This document shows, piece by piece, positions 53,452 to 62,852 of a stretch of DNA of 64,000 nt. The notes under the pieces are model-generated. The model did no database searches. It worked only from the letters and a program-made list of their open reading frames with translations, and was not told where the DNA came from. The stretch comes from Sphingorhabdus sp. (GTDB lineage: Bacteria > Pseudomonadota > Alphaproteobacteria > Sphingomonadales > Sphingomonadaceae). The stretch is taken from assembly GCA_040079555.1 (NCBI GenBank), contig JBEBKE010000001.1:3185-67184 (forward strand), read 5' to 3'. The translations under genes were made by a program, and so were the position numbers. Every line of letters starts with the position of its first letter. The stretch's first letter is position 1.

Positions 53452-53759
53452 TGTCGAACTCGCTGCTGAAAAATATGCGCCCCATTCACCCCGGTGAAAT
53501 GCTACGCGAAGATGTGCTGCCAGCCATTGGCCGCCCAAAGACAGAGATTGCCCGTTTGCTAGGTATATCCCGTCAGACGCTGTATGACATTTTGAACGAG
53601 AAGCAGCCGGTAACACCCACCACAGCCCTGCGTCTTGCCAAGATGTTCGGCGGCACAGCGGAGAGCTGGGTTAACATGCAACGCAACTATGACCTTAAAA
53701 TCGCAGAACGTGAGCTCGGTTCTGCACTGGATGCGATCCCGTTTTTGAAGGCTGCTTGA
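53451..53759 (+). CDS. higA: HigA antitoxin
   Basis: PIHPGEMLRED, HTH, WVNMQRNYDL; TGATG coupling. Confidence 0.93.
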   Translation: MSNSLLKNMRPIHPGEMLREDVLPAIGRPKTEIARLLGISRQTLYDILNEKQPVTPTTALRLAKMFGGTAESWVNMQRNYDLKIAERELGSALDAIPFLKAA

Positions 53760-53799
53760 TTGGTGGTTTGTTTCTCCGAACTGAGGCGTAGGAAGTGAC

Positions 53800-54102
53800 A
53801 TGAGCAAGAAGTTCATACCGGCTAGCGTGCTATTCGCCGAATGGCACAAAGACTCAGAATATATGAAGGAATATGACGCGCTAGAAGAAGAGTTCGCTCG
53901 CGCCCAGATGGTCATCGGCGCCCGCACCCACGCCGACCTTAGCCAAGCCGAACTCGCACAGCGCATGGGCACCAGCCAAAGCGCCATCGCCCGACTGGAA
54001 AGCGGCCGCGTGAAGCCTTCGACACGGACGCTGGAAAAACTGGCGGCAGCAACGGGGATGCGGCTGCGGATTGTGTTGGAGCCGGTTGGGGTGGGGAGTT
54101 AG
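53800..54102 (+). CDS. XRE-family HTH protein (antitoxin-like, no adjacent toxin)
   Basis: EYDALEEEF, LSQAELAQRMGTSQSAIARLESG, PSTRTLEKLA. Confidence 0.88.
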   Translation: MSKKFIPASVLFAEWHKDSEYMKEYDALEEEFARAQMVIGARTHADLSQAELAQRMGTSQSAIARLESGRVKPSTRTLEKLAAATGMRLRIVLEPVGVGS

Positions 54103-54138
54103 CGGCATTATGTATCAGTTAACTCCTACATAATGCCG
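54103..54138. mobile_element. 36-bp IS-end remnant with 8-bp target duplication (IS1595-like)
   Basis: Perfect 12-bp IR CGGCATTATGTA/TACATAATGCCG flanked by GGAGTTAG at 54095-54102 and 54139-54146. Confidence 0.7.
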
Positions 54139-54187
54139 GGAGTTAGGGTTGTGTCCCCGGAATTAGAGAGGATCATACAAATTGATC

Positions 54188-54366
54188 CACACCAAAACCG
54201 ATCTAAGCAACCGGAACTCACCAAACGCATGGGTGCCAGCCAAAGTTCCCTCGCTCGGCTGGAAAGCGGGTGCGTGACGCCTTCAACACGGACGCTAGAA
54301 AAACTAGCGGCGGCGACGGAGATGCGGTTGCGGATTGTGTTGAAGCCGGTTGAAGTAAGTGTTTAG
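54188..54366 (+). pseudogene. Truncated, frameshifted duplicate of the upstream HTH gene
   Basis: RMGASQSSLARLESGCVTPSTRTLEKLAAATEMRLRIVL nearly matches the 53800 protein; AGCCAA to AGCAA deletion; 5' half missing. Confidence 0.82.
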
Positions 54367-54471
54367 GGTGTGTGTCCTTGAAGTTCACGGCGATTTACTG
54401 TTATTTGAGACGGTTTCAGTCTTGAACTAATGCCAATGGTGCATCACGAATAAAAAAAGGAGTGATCTGGA

Positions 54472-55713
54472 TTGAGCCAATTTTTTCAAGTGCGTAACAA
54501 TCAAGGCCGAATTAGCGTCTATGGTGACCTGCCGCTAAGTACACTTGATCAGCTTACAGCGGCTTTACGTCGAGAGGCTATCATCGCTCGCTACCCGGAC
54601 GTTACACTCGATTTAGAAAATTTGAGCTCATTCACTCACAGCGTAATCCCAGCGTTGGCTGCATACTTAAGATTTTTGACGCAACAACACAAAGTTGAAT
54701 ACTCTTACATTCAACCGAGAGACGGCATTTTACGAGACCGTTTAAGAAAAATTGGTTTGAACCACTACATCGATTTTCGTCGTTTTGAAAAGCCGAATCC
54801 AAAATCATCAGACCCTTCGCTAATGCAATTTTTGAACACCTCCGAATGTGAAGCTGTCACCGAAAAAATCGTAAACTCAGTTTTGCGAACAGTAGCGTTA
54901 AAGCGACAGCACATTGCTGCAGTCGAATGGGTGATAAGTGAAATTACGGACAATGTCGTAAACCACTCACAGTCGCCCGTCGGCGGATTTGCTGTTTTTA
55001 ATCGTATTAGAAACACGAACATTGTTGAGATCACCGTAGCAGATTCCGGCGTTGGCGTGGCGCGGACTTTAGGAATTCGGGATGAAGCCGAGGCAGTTTC
55101 GCAAGCGATACAAGAAGGCGTAACTAGGGATAAAATTAATAATCAGGGCAACGGACTGTTTGGTAGTTATCAACTAGCTTGCGCTTCGAAAGGCATTTTT
55201 ATCCTTAGAAGTCGGCACGGGAACTTATACGTAGATAAGGCGGGCGAAACACACATCCGAAAAGAAAATGTTCCTTATCCGGGAACACTCGTCGTCTGCC
55301 AAATTGATTGTGATCAACCAGATTTGATCGAGAGAGGCTTTATATTTAGTGGAAAAGCGCACACTCCCGCTTACGATTATGTCGAGAGATTTCATGAGAA
55401 TGAAAGTAACGACATTTTTGTCAACGCATACGATATTTGCAAAACGTTCGGGAGCCGCGCTTCAGGCAGAGAAGCTCGAAATTACATTGATAACATGCTA
55501 GGATCCTTAGATGGAACGACCGTTACCATCGATTTTAGCGGAATTTCTGTAATTTCTAGCAGTTTTGCAGACGAAGTGTTTGGCAAACTATTTGTTTCGC
55601 TTGGAGCTATGCGATTTATGAGGACCGTCAAAGTTGCAAACGCAGTCTCAGTCGTTGAAGCACTCATTGATAAAGCGATAGGGATGCGAGCAAAAACGGG
55701 ATTAGATGACTAG
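54472..55713 (+). CDS. STAS-like + HATPase + DUF4325 (STAS-like) fusion protein
   Basis: SEITDNVVNHS (N box), VADSGVG (G1), GNGL (G2); C-terminal SRASG...IDFSGISVISSSFADEVFGKL; AT-rich; AGGAG before TTG. Confidence 0.8.
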   Translation: MSQFFQVRNNQGRISVYGDLPLSTLDQLTAALRREAIIARYPDVTLDLENLSSFTHSVIPALAAYLRFLTQQHKVEYSYIQPRDGILRDRLRKIGLNHYIDFRRFEKPNPKSSDPSLMQFLNTSECEAVTEKIVNSVLRTVALKRQHIAAVEWVISEITDNVVNHSQSPVGGFAVFNRIRNTNIVEITVADSGVGVARTLGIRDEAEAVSQAIQEGVTRDKINNQGNGLFGSYQLACASKGIFILRSRHGNLYVDKAGETHIRKENVPYPGTLVVCQIDCDQPDLIERGFIFSGKAHTPAYDYVERFHENESNDIFVNAYDICKTFGSRASGREARNYIDNMLGSLDGTTVTIDFSGISVISSSFADEVFGKLFVSLGAMRFMRTVKVANAVSVVEALIDKAIGMRAKTGLDD

Positions 55714-55750
55714 GAATTTTGGGGCACCCTGCAAATTAGCTTATCCCCAT

Positions 55751-55773
55751 CTTTGTGCCTTCGTGGCTTCGTG
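55751..55773. repeat. Solo arm related to the GxxExxY inverted repeat
   Basis: CTTTGTGCCTTCGTGGCTTCGTG matches CTTCATGCCTTCGTGTCTTCGTG (41479-41501) at 20 of 23 positions. Confidence 0.7.
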
Positions 55774-55841
55774 TTGAACAAATGACACAGCGCCCGTCTG
55801 CATAATTTCAAACAAAGCAACGTAGAAGGCTGCCCTAACCT

Positions 55842-56036
55842 TTAGCCGTCGGCATCTCTTGACTTTGCGAACATGTTCGCGTAATGTTCCATTAGTTCTT
55901 TGATATCGTCCGCCATCCCATTTGCAATTTCTCGGCCGATTTGCGCTTCCTGCGCAAACCCAACATTGCGTAAGATAATCAAAACCACGCTCATTGGTAA
56001 ACACTTTAAACCTGCAGGCAGTGTCTCGGCGTCCAC
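55842..56036 (-). CDS. Small hypothetical ORF or gene fragment
   Basis: 64-aa ORF at the island edge; no recognisable motif. Confidence 0.3.
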   Translation of the reverse strand: MDAETLPAGLKCLPMSVVLIILRNVGFAQEAQIGREIANGMADDIKELMEHYANMFAKSRDADG

Positions 56037-56142
56037 TTTCGCTCTAGGCTACAGCGAACAACTCCGCGCTCCCGCCGTCGCTGCGCTATGGCGGGCAAGG
56101 CAAAATATCGTTTAAGGTGAGTCCTTAGTGTGACTTTCCACG

Positions 56143-56182
56143 AAAATAGGGACTGCCCCCATGCGGAGACAGTCCCTAGTTT
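56143..56182 (-). terminator. Intrinsic terminator after the DUF937 gene
   Basis: TAGGGACTG/CAGTCCCTA stem with a T-run on the minus strand. Confidence 0.75.
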
Positions 56183-56213
56183 GAATGTGAAATTACGCAG
56201 AAATCTGCGGGTT

Positions 56214-56864
56214 TTAGCGCGTCAGTTTGCCCGCCATGCCGATGATGTCGTCCAGCGGATTACCGTCACCGTCAAAATCGAGCATCGAGGCAAGTCCGCC
56301 AAGGCCTCCGCCGCCCGCAGGAGCAGCCGATTGACCGCCACCAAGCGCACCGCCCAACACATTGCCCAGCATGCCGCCAAGGCCGCCGCCGCCAGCAGCC
56401 TGTCCGCCACCGCCGAGCAAGCCGCCCAACATTCCGCCAAGGCCGCCGCCTTCGCCGCCGCCAGCTTGCTTGGCCATATAGCCAGCAACCAGCATCGCCA
56501 GGATCGGCAACATCTTTTTCAACATGCCCGAATCGATGCCGGTCTGTTCAGCGGCATGGCCCGCGACAGTGCGACTGACTTCTTTGGTTCCAAAAATCTG
56601 GCCAAGAATATCATTGCCCTGCTCCACTGGCGTTGGCTCTGGCGCGACAACGCTGTCAAACAATCCGCCGCCGCCCAGCTGTCCCAGCAAACCGCCAAGG
56701 CCGTCTAAACCCGCAGGCTGTGCCTGTGCGGTCTTTTTGAAACCGCCCAAAATCGACGGCAGCAAAGCCTCTGCGCCCATTTGCGCGACTTGTTCGTTCA
56801 CGCCCAATTGCTGTGCGATCGAACCGATTGCGCCGGATTGTTTCAAAATGCTCATCATATCCAT
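56214..56864 (-). CDS. DUF937 family Gly-rich protein
   Basis: GNDILGQIFG, AAEQTGID...KKMLPILA; AGGAGA SD before ATG 56864. Confidence 0.82.
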   Translation of the reverse strand: MDMMSILKQSGAIGSIAQQLGVNEQVAQMGAEALLPSILGGFKKTAQAQPAGLDGLGGLLGQLGGGGLFDSVVAPEPTPVEQGNDILGQIFGTKEVSRTVAGHAAEQTGIDSGMLKKMLPILAMLVAGYMAKQAGGGEGGGLGGMLGGLLGGGGQAAGGGGLGGMLGNVLGGALGGGQSAAPAGGGGLGGLASMLDFDGDGNPLDDIIGMAGKLTR

Positions 56865-57049
56865 ATTGGATCTCCTATCTGGCGACACGCTGACGGGAAT
56901 CGCCATCGATTGCAAGTGATGAGGCGTTCAATGATAGGTTCGGAAAAGCGAATTTACATTCATGCGAAGCTTTAGGCTCCACTTTGTCACAAAAGCCGAG
57001 TAGCGAGGATACTCACCGCGATGCGGTCAATTATTCGAGAGGTATTATC

Positions 57050-57424
57050 ATGAGCATTTTTAGCAAAATCAAAGACGCAATTTTCGGCAAAAAAGCGGTT
57101 GCTGCAACCCCTGTGGAAACACCCGTTGTCGCCGCTCCGGTCGAAGCTGCACCCGTTGCCATGACTGACGTTGATATCATCGCGCATCTGGAAGAAATTG
57201 ATGCCAATGATGGCCGCAACCTCAACTGGCGGTCGTCGATTGTTGACCTGATGAAAATGGTCGGCATGGACGCGTCGCTGCAAGAGCGCAAAGACCTTGC
57301 CATGGAGCTGGGCTATACCGGCGAATTGGAAGGAAGCGCGGAAATGAACATCTGGCTGCATAAAGCCGTGATGCGCGAGCTGGCTGCCAATGGCGGCGTG
57401 GTTCCAGCGGAATTGCTCGACTAA
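57050..57424 (+). CDS. DUF3597 family protein
   Basis: LNWRSSIVDLMK, RKDLAMELGY, SAEMNIWLHKAVM, NGGVVP. Confidence 0.9.
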   Translation: MSIFSKIKDAIFGKKAVAATPVETPVVAAPVEAAPVAMTDVDIIAHLEEIDANDGRNLNWRSSIVDLMKMVGMDASLQERKDLAMELGYTGELEGSAEMNIWLHKAVMRELAANGGVVPAELLD

Positions 57425-57448
57425 GCTTAGCTATCCAAACCCAAAACA

Positions 57449-57480
57449 GAAAAAGCCCGGACATCACGCCGGGCTTTTTC
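57449..57480. terminator. Bidirectional intrinsic terminator
   Basis: GAAAAAGCCCGG-N8-CCGGGCTTTTTC between convergent genes. Confidence 0.85.
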
Positions 57481-57513
57481 TTTGGGCTGAACCGGCGGGA
57501 TTTCCGCTGGCGC

Positions 57514-57828
57514 TTACTCTTTGCCGCCAAACAGACCTTTGGCCATGTTGGTCAAATCATTGATCGGGTTGCCGTCGCCGTCTTTGTCGACAAATCCGGT
57601 GATTTTGCCAAGGATGCTGCCTTCGCCATCGCCGCCGAGCATGTCCTTAATCTTATCGACGGAAATGCCGTGTTCGGCGGCAATATCCTGAATCGCTTGC
57701 ATCTTGTCACCCTCGCCGCCCATTTTCTCTTGCAGCGACGCTGCAATGTCCTTGGCCTTATCCGCAGGAAGGCCCAGCTTTTCGGCAACGCTGCCGATGT
57801 TGCCCATGATACCGTCGAGTATGCTCAT
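57514..57828 (-). CDS. Small hypothetical protein with DxDGDG motif
   Basis: AGGAG SD; C-terminal VDKDGDGNPINDL. Confidence 0.8.
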   Translation of the reverse strand: MSILDGIMGNIGSVAEKLGLPADKAKDIAASLQEKMGGEGDKMQAIQDIAAEHGISVDKIKDMLGGDGEGSILGKITGFVDKDGDGNPINDLTNMAKGLFGGKE

Positions 57829-57860
57829 TTGTATTCTCCTCAAAATGCGTGTGCGACCGC

Positions 57861-58325
57861 TTAAACGATTTCCGCCATCGCGGAAAGCGGCAGTAGGTCA
57901 GGAGCGATAAATTTACGTCTAGCCGGAACTGAAAACAGCAGATCGGCCGAGTAAAAGCGCAGCGGCAAATCGCGCCGCCCCAATGCGGACACCAGCAGCG
58001 CGTTGACCGTTTTAACCAGCGCCTCTGCCCTGCCTCGCCGCGTCAAATGAACCCGAACCGCCTCAATATAAACCTTCGTGATCGTGTCATGATAGCCTTG
58101 GCTATCGTCGTTGATGCCGCCGACTGCGGCGTTATAGTTCGAAATGATCTCCGCCATGTCGCGGACAGGATCAAGGTGTGGGCAGTCGCGCGCGATCCAC
58201 AGGCTGGCGGCTAAATGCGCCTCATGCGTCCATTCTTCTTTGGGCAGGCTCCGCGCTAAAAGCCCCTCACCCACATGGATAATGGCTGCGTCGTTCGCAA
58301 ATAATCTGGGGCTATAGTCGGTCAT
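57861..58325 (-). CDS. Hypothetical protein
   Basis: 154-aa ORF downstream of pckA; WTHEAH and YHDTIT motifs. Confidence 0.78.
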   Translation of the reverse strand: MTDYSPRLFANDAAIIHVGEGLLARSLPKEEWTHEAHLAASLWIARDCPHLDPVRDMAEIISNYNAAVGGINDDSQGYHDTITKVYIEAVRVHLTRRGRAEALVKTVNALLVSALGRRDLPLRFYSADLLFSVPARRKFIAPDLLPLSAMAEIV

Positions 58326-58364
58326 CTCCGGGCCTTTATTCGCGCCCGGAGTTGTCCGGGCCAG

Positions 58365-59966
58365 TTACGCGGCGGTGGGGGCCGCCTGCTTCACGCCATC
58401 ATCGACATGCTCTTCGAATTGCTCGAAATTGTCGATGAAAGCGTTGACGAGTTTTTGCGCGGTAACATCAAACGCCGCTTTGTCAGCCCATGCCTCGCGC
58501 GGGTCGAGGATTTTACTATCGACACCTGCAACCGCCACCGGGAATTCAAAGCCGAAATTCGGGTCCTTGCGGAACTCGGCATTGTTCAAGCTGCCGTCAA
58601 GCGCAGCATTCAGCAAAGCGCGGGTCGCTTTAATCGGCATCCGGCTGATCCCCGGATCGGTCGCTTTGCCACCGGTCCAGCCGGTGTTGACCAACCAGCA
58701 AGTGACGCCGCCCTTGGCGATGCGTTCCTTCAACAGATTGCCATAAACGCTGGGATGGCGCGGCATGAACGGCGCGCCAAAACAAGTCGAGAATGTTGCG
58801 GTTGGCTCGGTCACGCCGATTTCGGTTCCCGCAACGCGTGCTGTATAGCCCGATAGGAAATGGTACATCGCCTGATCCGGCGTCAAACGCGCAATCGGAG
58901 GCAAGACGCCATACGCATCGGCGGTCAGCATGATGATGTTTTTCGGCACCGGCCCCAAATTGTCTTTCGACGCATTGGGGATGAAGTCGATAGGATAAGA
59001 ACCACGGCTATTTTCAGCTAGGCTGTTGTCGTTGAAATCCAGCTCGCGGGTTTCAGCGTCTATCACAACATTTTCAAGGATCGTGCCGAACCGCTTTGTC
59101 GTGGCAAAGATTTCAGGCTCTGCGTCGGGCGAAAGGTTGATCATTTTAGCATAGCAGCCGCCTTCGAAGTTGAAGACCGCGGTGTCGGACCAGCCATGCT
59201 CGTCATCGCCGATCAACGTGCGGCTGGCGTCGGCGGACAAAGTCGTTTTGCCGGTACCTGACAGACCAAAGAAGATCGCTGTATCGCCATTGGGCCCGAT
59301 ATTAGCCGAACAGTGCATGGGCATCACGCCCTGAGCAGGCAGCAGATAGTTGAGAATGCCGAACACTGACTTCTTCATCTCTCCGGCATAGGCCGTGCCA
59401 CCGATCAGGATCAGTTTTTCGCTGAAGTTGACCGCAACCACAGTCTCGCTGCGGCAGCCATGGCGCGCAGGGTCAGCGCGGAAGCTTGGCAGATCGATGA
59501 TTGTATATTCCGGGGCAAAATCAGCCAATTCCGCTTCATCGGGCCGAACCAGCAAGGTGCGGACGAACAGATTGTGCCAAGCCAATTCGTTGATGACGCG
59601 TACGTTTACGCGATATTCGGGCTGCGATCCGCCGAATAGGTCAGCAACGTACAGTTGCACCTTGTCGCCAAGGGCCGCAAAGAAATCTGCCTTCAACGCC
59701 GCAAAATGCTCTGGCTGCATCGCAACATTGGTTTTGCCCCAGGCAATCGTATTTTCAGTTTCAGCATCGCGGACAATAAATTTATCCGACGCCGAACGAC
59801 CAGTGTGCTTTCCGGTTTCGACAACCAGCGGACCGTCCTTGGCCATAATGCCTTCGTCATTGGCGAGTGCCGATTCGACCAATTGCGGAGTGCCTAGATT
59901 CCACTGCACTTTCGCGCCGGTATTAATTGCTTGATCGGAAAGCGAATATTTCGGCGTTATGGACAC
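58365..59966 (-). CDS. pckA: Phosphoenolpyruvate carboxykinase (ATP)
   Basis: [35 protein letters not shown]. Confidence 0.98.
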   Translation of the reverse strand: MSITPKYSLSDQAINTGAKVQWNLGTPQLVESALANDEGIMAKDGPLVVETGKHTGRSASDKFIVRDAETENTIAWGKTNVAMQPEHFAALKADFFAALGDKVQLYVADLFGGSQPEYRVNVRVINELAWHNLFVRTLLVRPDEAELADFAPEYTIIDLPSFRADPARHGCRSETVVAVNFSEKLILIGGTAYAGEMKKSVFGILNYLLPAQGVMPMHCSANIGPNGDTAIFFGLSGTGKTTLSADASRTLIGDDEHGWSDTAVFNFEGGCYAKMINLSPDAEPEIFATTKRFGTILENVVIDAETRELDFNDNSLAENSRGSYPIDFIPNASKDNLGPVPKNIIMLTADAYGVLPPIARLTPDQAMYHFLSGYTARVAGTEIGVTEPTATFSTCFGAPFMPRHPSVYGNLLKERIAKGGVTCWLVNTGWTGGKATDPGISRMPIKATRALLNAALDGSLNNAEFRKDPNFGFEFPVAVAGVDSKILDPREAWADKAAFDVTAQKLVNAFIDNFEQFEEHVDDGVKQAAPTAA

Positions 59967-60149
59967 AATTGGCTCCTCAAAAGGCTTGATTTTTTCATCG
60001 GTGCATAGGTATGCATCGCTTGAAGTGATGGCCCCTATACGAGCCGAGCGTTAACGTCAAATCGCACAATCAGATCGTCACAGATGCAACGTTAGTCGGG
60101 CGCGACGACAGCATTGCTGCGCGCCGATCCCCTGCCTATAAGCGCGGCG

Positions 60150-60857
60150 ATGACAGCCACGATCGCCCTTGTCGATGACGACCGCAACATATTGACCTCA
60201 GTCTCGATTGCTATGCAATCAGAGGGTTATGTCACGCGATTGTATCCCGACGGGGAATCAGCATTAAAGGCTCTGCTCGATAATCCAGCCGACCTTGGCA
60301 TTTTCGATATCAAAATGCCGCGTATGGATGGGCTGGAACTGCTGCGACGGCTGCGCGAAAAATCCGACATGCCGGTCATCTTCCTGACATCCAAAGATGA
60401 GGAACTCGACGAAGCTTTGGGTCTTGCGATGGGCGCGGACGATTATATCACAAAGCCATTTTCGCAGCGGCTGTTGGTTGCCCGCGTCAAAGCCATATTG
60501 CGACGCGCCAGTTTCCGCCGTGATACCAGCGGCGAGCAAGCGGCTGATGAGCCGGAGCCGATGCTGCGAGGAAAGTTGGAAATGGACCCTGCTCGCCAGC
60601 ATGTTCGGTGGGGCGGCAAGCCCGTTACGCTGACCGTCACAGAATTCATGATATTGGAGGCATTGGCCAATCGTCCCGGCGTCGTCCGCACACGCAGCCA
60701 GTTAATGGACATCGCCTATCAAGATGATGTCTATGTCGATGACCGCACGATCGATAGCCATATCAAACGGTTGCGACGCAAATTTCGTCAGGTTGATGCC
60801 GAGTTTTCCGCCATCGATACGCTTTACGGAGCAGGATATCGTTTTGCTGAGGCTTGA
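60150..60857 (+). CDS. chvI: OmpR-family response regulator ChvI
   Basis: [28 protein letters not shown]; divergent from pckA. Confidence 0.93.
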   Translation: MTATIALVDDDRNILTSVSIAMQSEGYVTRLYPDGESALKALLDNPADLGIFDIKMPRMDGLELLRRLREKSDMPVIFLTSKDEELDEALGLAMGADDYITKPFSQRLLVARVKAILRRASFRRDTSGEQAADEPEPMLRGKLEMDPARQHVRWGGKPVTLTVTEFMILEALANRPGVVRTRSQLMDIAYQDDVYVDDRTIDSHIKRLRRKFRQVDAEFSAIDTLYGAGYRFAEA

Positions 60858-62403
60858 AACCGACCGGCTGAGGCTTGGCTGGAGCCGCGGGCTTTCGCTG
60901 ACGGTGCGTATCTTGGCGGTGAATATGTTCGCCTTGGCCTTAATGGCCGGCGGGCTGTTTTTCCTCGATAGCTACCGGGCGCGGCTGATCAGCGAGCGGC
61001 AGGAGTTTGCCGAGACGCAGTTGCTTTTGCTACGAGACGGTATCGAGCGATTGCCGGTGGATCGACGGAATGCATTTATTATACATTTTGTTAGTCGCGA
61101 GAAAGCACGCGTTCGAATCTACAGTCCGACTGGAGCCAAAAGCTTGGATAGCTTTGAGTTGGCTGGGCAAACTTATCAACTGGCTGACCCTAGTAAAGAA
61201 CCGATTCGGAAACGATTGGCACGCGGCATCGATCAGGTTTTTGACTTTCTAGTTGCCTCGCCAACACTCAGCAGGTTTAGCGAGCCGACAAAGGATGTTG
61301 CGGCATCATGGCCGGAACTGCGGGGACTGACGGGACAGGTGCCAAGGTCACGCACACATCTCGCTGACGACCTAACCCACATAATAGTGGCGGGCGCTAT
61401 CACTACGGAAAATGGATATTTGCTGATATCGTCAAACCCGCGCGACATCCGCGCATTGGTTCGCGCCGAGCGATTCAGCATCGGCATGTTCATTCTGCTT
61501 GTGCTGGGTATTTCGGTGCTGTTGTCGTTGTTCCTCGCGCGCACCATTGTCCGACCGTTACAGCATCTAGCCCGCGCCGCCGTTAAAGTCCGGCTTGGGC
61601 GCGCACCAGAAGTACACGTCCCTCGCCTGCCCGAACGCCGCGACGAGATTGGCATGTTGGCACGGGCGTTGTCGGATATGAGTATCGCATTGCGCCAACG
61701 GATCGATGCGACCGAAGCCTTTGCCGCCGATGTCGCGCATGAAATCAAAAACCCTTTGGCGTCTTTGCGCTCTGCGCTGGACGGGCTTGATACCGTTAAA
61801 CAGCCAGATCACCGTGCTCAGCTCATGGACGTGGCAAAAGCGGATGTCTTGCGGATGGACCGACTGATCAGCGACATTTCTGATGCCAGCCGCATCGATG
61901 CGCAATTGGCAAAGGCAAAGTTCGAACAAATCGATCTGGGCGACATGATTGATCAGCTGCTAGCCGCGCGCGAAAGCCGAACGGCGGATGGCGATGTTAC
62001 GATTGCTTTTGCAAGGCCGCGCCGCGGCATCGCACTAATCATGGGTGAAGATTTGCGTCTGGAACGTGTGCTCACCAATCTGCTCGACAATGCAGTATCG
62101 TTTTCGCCGCCATCGGGCCTGGTCGAAGTATCGGCAACGCGCAGCGGCGATGATGTGATTATCCGTATTATGGATCAGGGCCCTGGCATACCACCAAACG
62201 AACGTGAGGCCGTGTTCCGCCGTTTTCACAGCGAGCGACCATCAAGTGAAAACTTTGGCAGACACAGCGGCCTTGGCCTTGCCATTGCCCGCACGATTAT
62301 CGAGGGCCATCATGGCTCGATCACAGTGCTTGACCGCGACGATGATGGCAGTGGCGCATGTTTTCAGATTATGCTTCCTGCCGCAGGTTCAATTCAGCCA
62401 TGA
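60844..62403 (+). CDS. chvG: Sensor histidine kinase ChvG
   Basis: Two TM segments, [28 protein letters not shown]; start approximate. Confidence 0.9.
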   Translation: MLRLETDRLRLGWSRGLSLTVRILAVNMFALALMAGGLFFLDSYRARLISERQEFAETQLLLLRDGIERLPVDRRNAFIIHFVSREKARVRIYSPTGAKSLDSFELAGQTYQLADPSKEPIRKRLARGIDQVFDFLVASPTLSRFSEPTKDVAASWPELRGLTGQVPRSRTHLADDLTHIIVAGAITTENGYLLISSNPRDIRALVRAERFSIGMFILLVLGISVLLSLFLARTIVRPLQHLARAAVKVRLGRAPEVHVPRLPERRDEIGMLARALSDMSIALRQRIDATEAFAADVAHEIKNPLASLRSALDGLDTVKQPDHRAQLMDVAKADVLRMDRLISDISDASRIDAQLAKAKFEQIDLGDMIDQLLAARESRTADGDVTIAFARPRRGIALIMGEDLRLERVLTNLLDNAVSFSPPSGLVEVSATRSGDDVIIRIMDQGPGIPPNEREAVFRRFHSERPSSENFGRHSGLGLAIARTIIEGHHGSITVLDRDDDGSGACFQIMLPAAGSIQP

Positions 62404-62852
62404 CCATAAAAGTGCACGGCACAGCGGTTGAAATCAACAACGGTGCAGTACTGTTAATCGGGCCATCGGGCGCTGGGAAATCCGACCTAGCGTTGCGCTT
62501 GATTGATCGCGGCGCCAAGTTGGTCGGTGACGATGCGGTTACGTTGCATGATCCCAATGGCGTGTTGGTCATTAGCGGCGTGGGCGGATACGGAAATCGA
62601 ATGGAAGTTAGAGGCGTTGGCATTTTCGATATGGAAGCGTCTGCCAAATGCCCGTTGCGGTTGCTGGTAGAGCTAGGCACCGACGGTGAACGCCTGCCAG
62701 CGAGTTGGCCGTTGCGCGACCTGCATAGCTGGTCACTCCCAGTTTTGCGCCTAGACGCTTTTGCGGCCTCCGCGCCAATCAAAGTCGAGCTGGCCCTACA
62801 GTCTGTCGTTGACGAGGCGTTACATCCGGTGCGATTGCCGGTTGCATCATGA
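62400..62852 (+). CDS. hprK: Short HPr kinase/phosphorylase
   Basis: VHGTAV, GPSGAGKSDLAL, LVGDD, MEVRGVG. Confidence 0.9.
   Translation: MTIKVHGTAVEINNGAVLLIGPSGAGKSDLALRLIDRGAKLVGDDAVTLHDPNGVLVISGVGGYGNRMEVRGVGIFDMEASAKCPLRLLVELGTDGERLPASWPLRDLHSWSLPVLRLDAFAASAPIKVELALQSVVDEALHPVRLPVAS

Noticed and set aside
53760-53783. Degenerate boundary motif after higA
   Set aside because: Too many mismatches to count.
56290-56470. GCCGCCAAGGCCGCCGCC repeats
   Set aside because: Encode the Gly-rich linker of the DUF937 protein; no spacers, not CRISPR.
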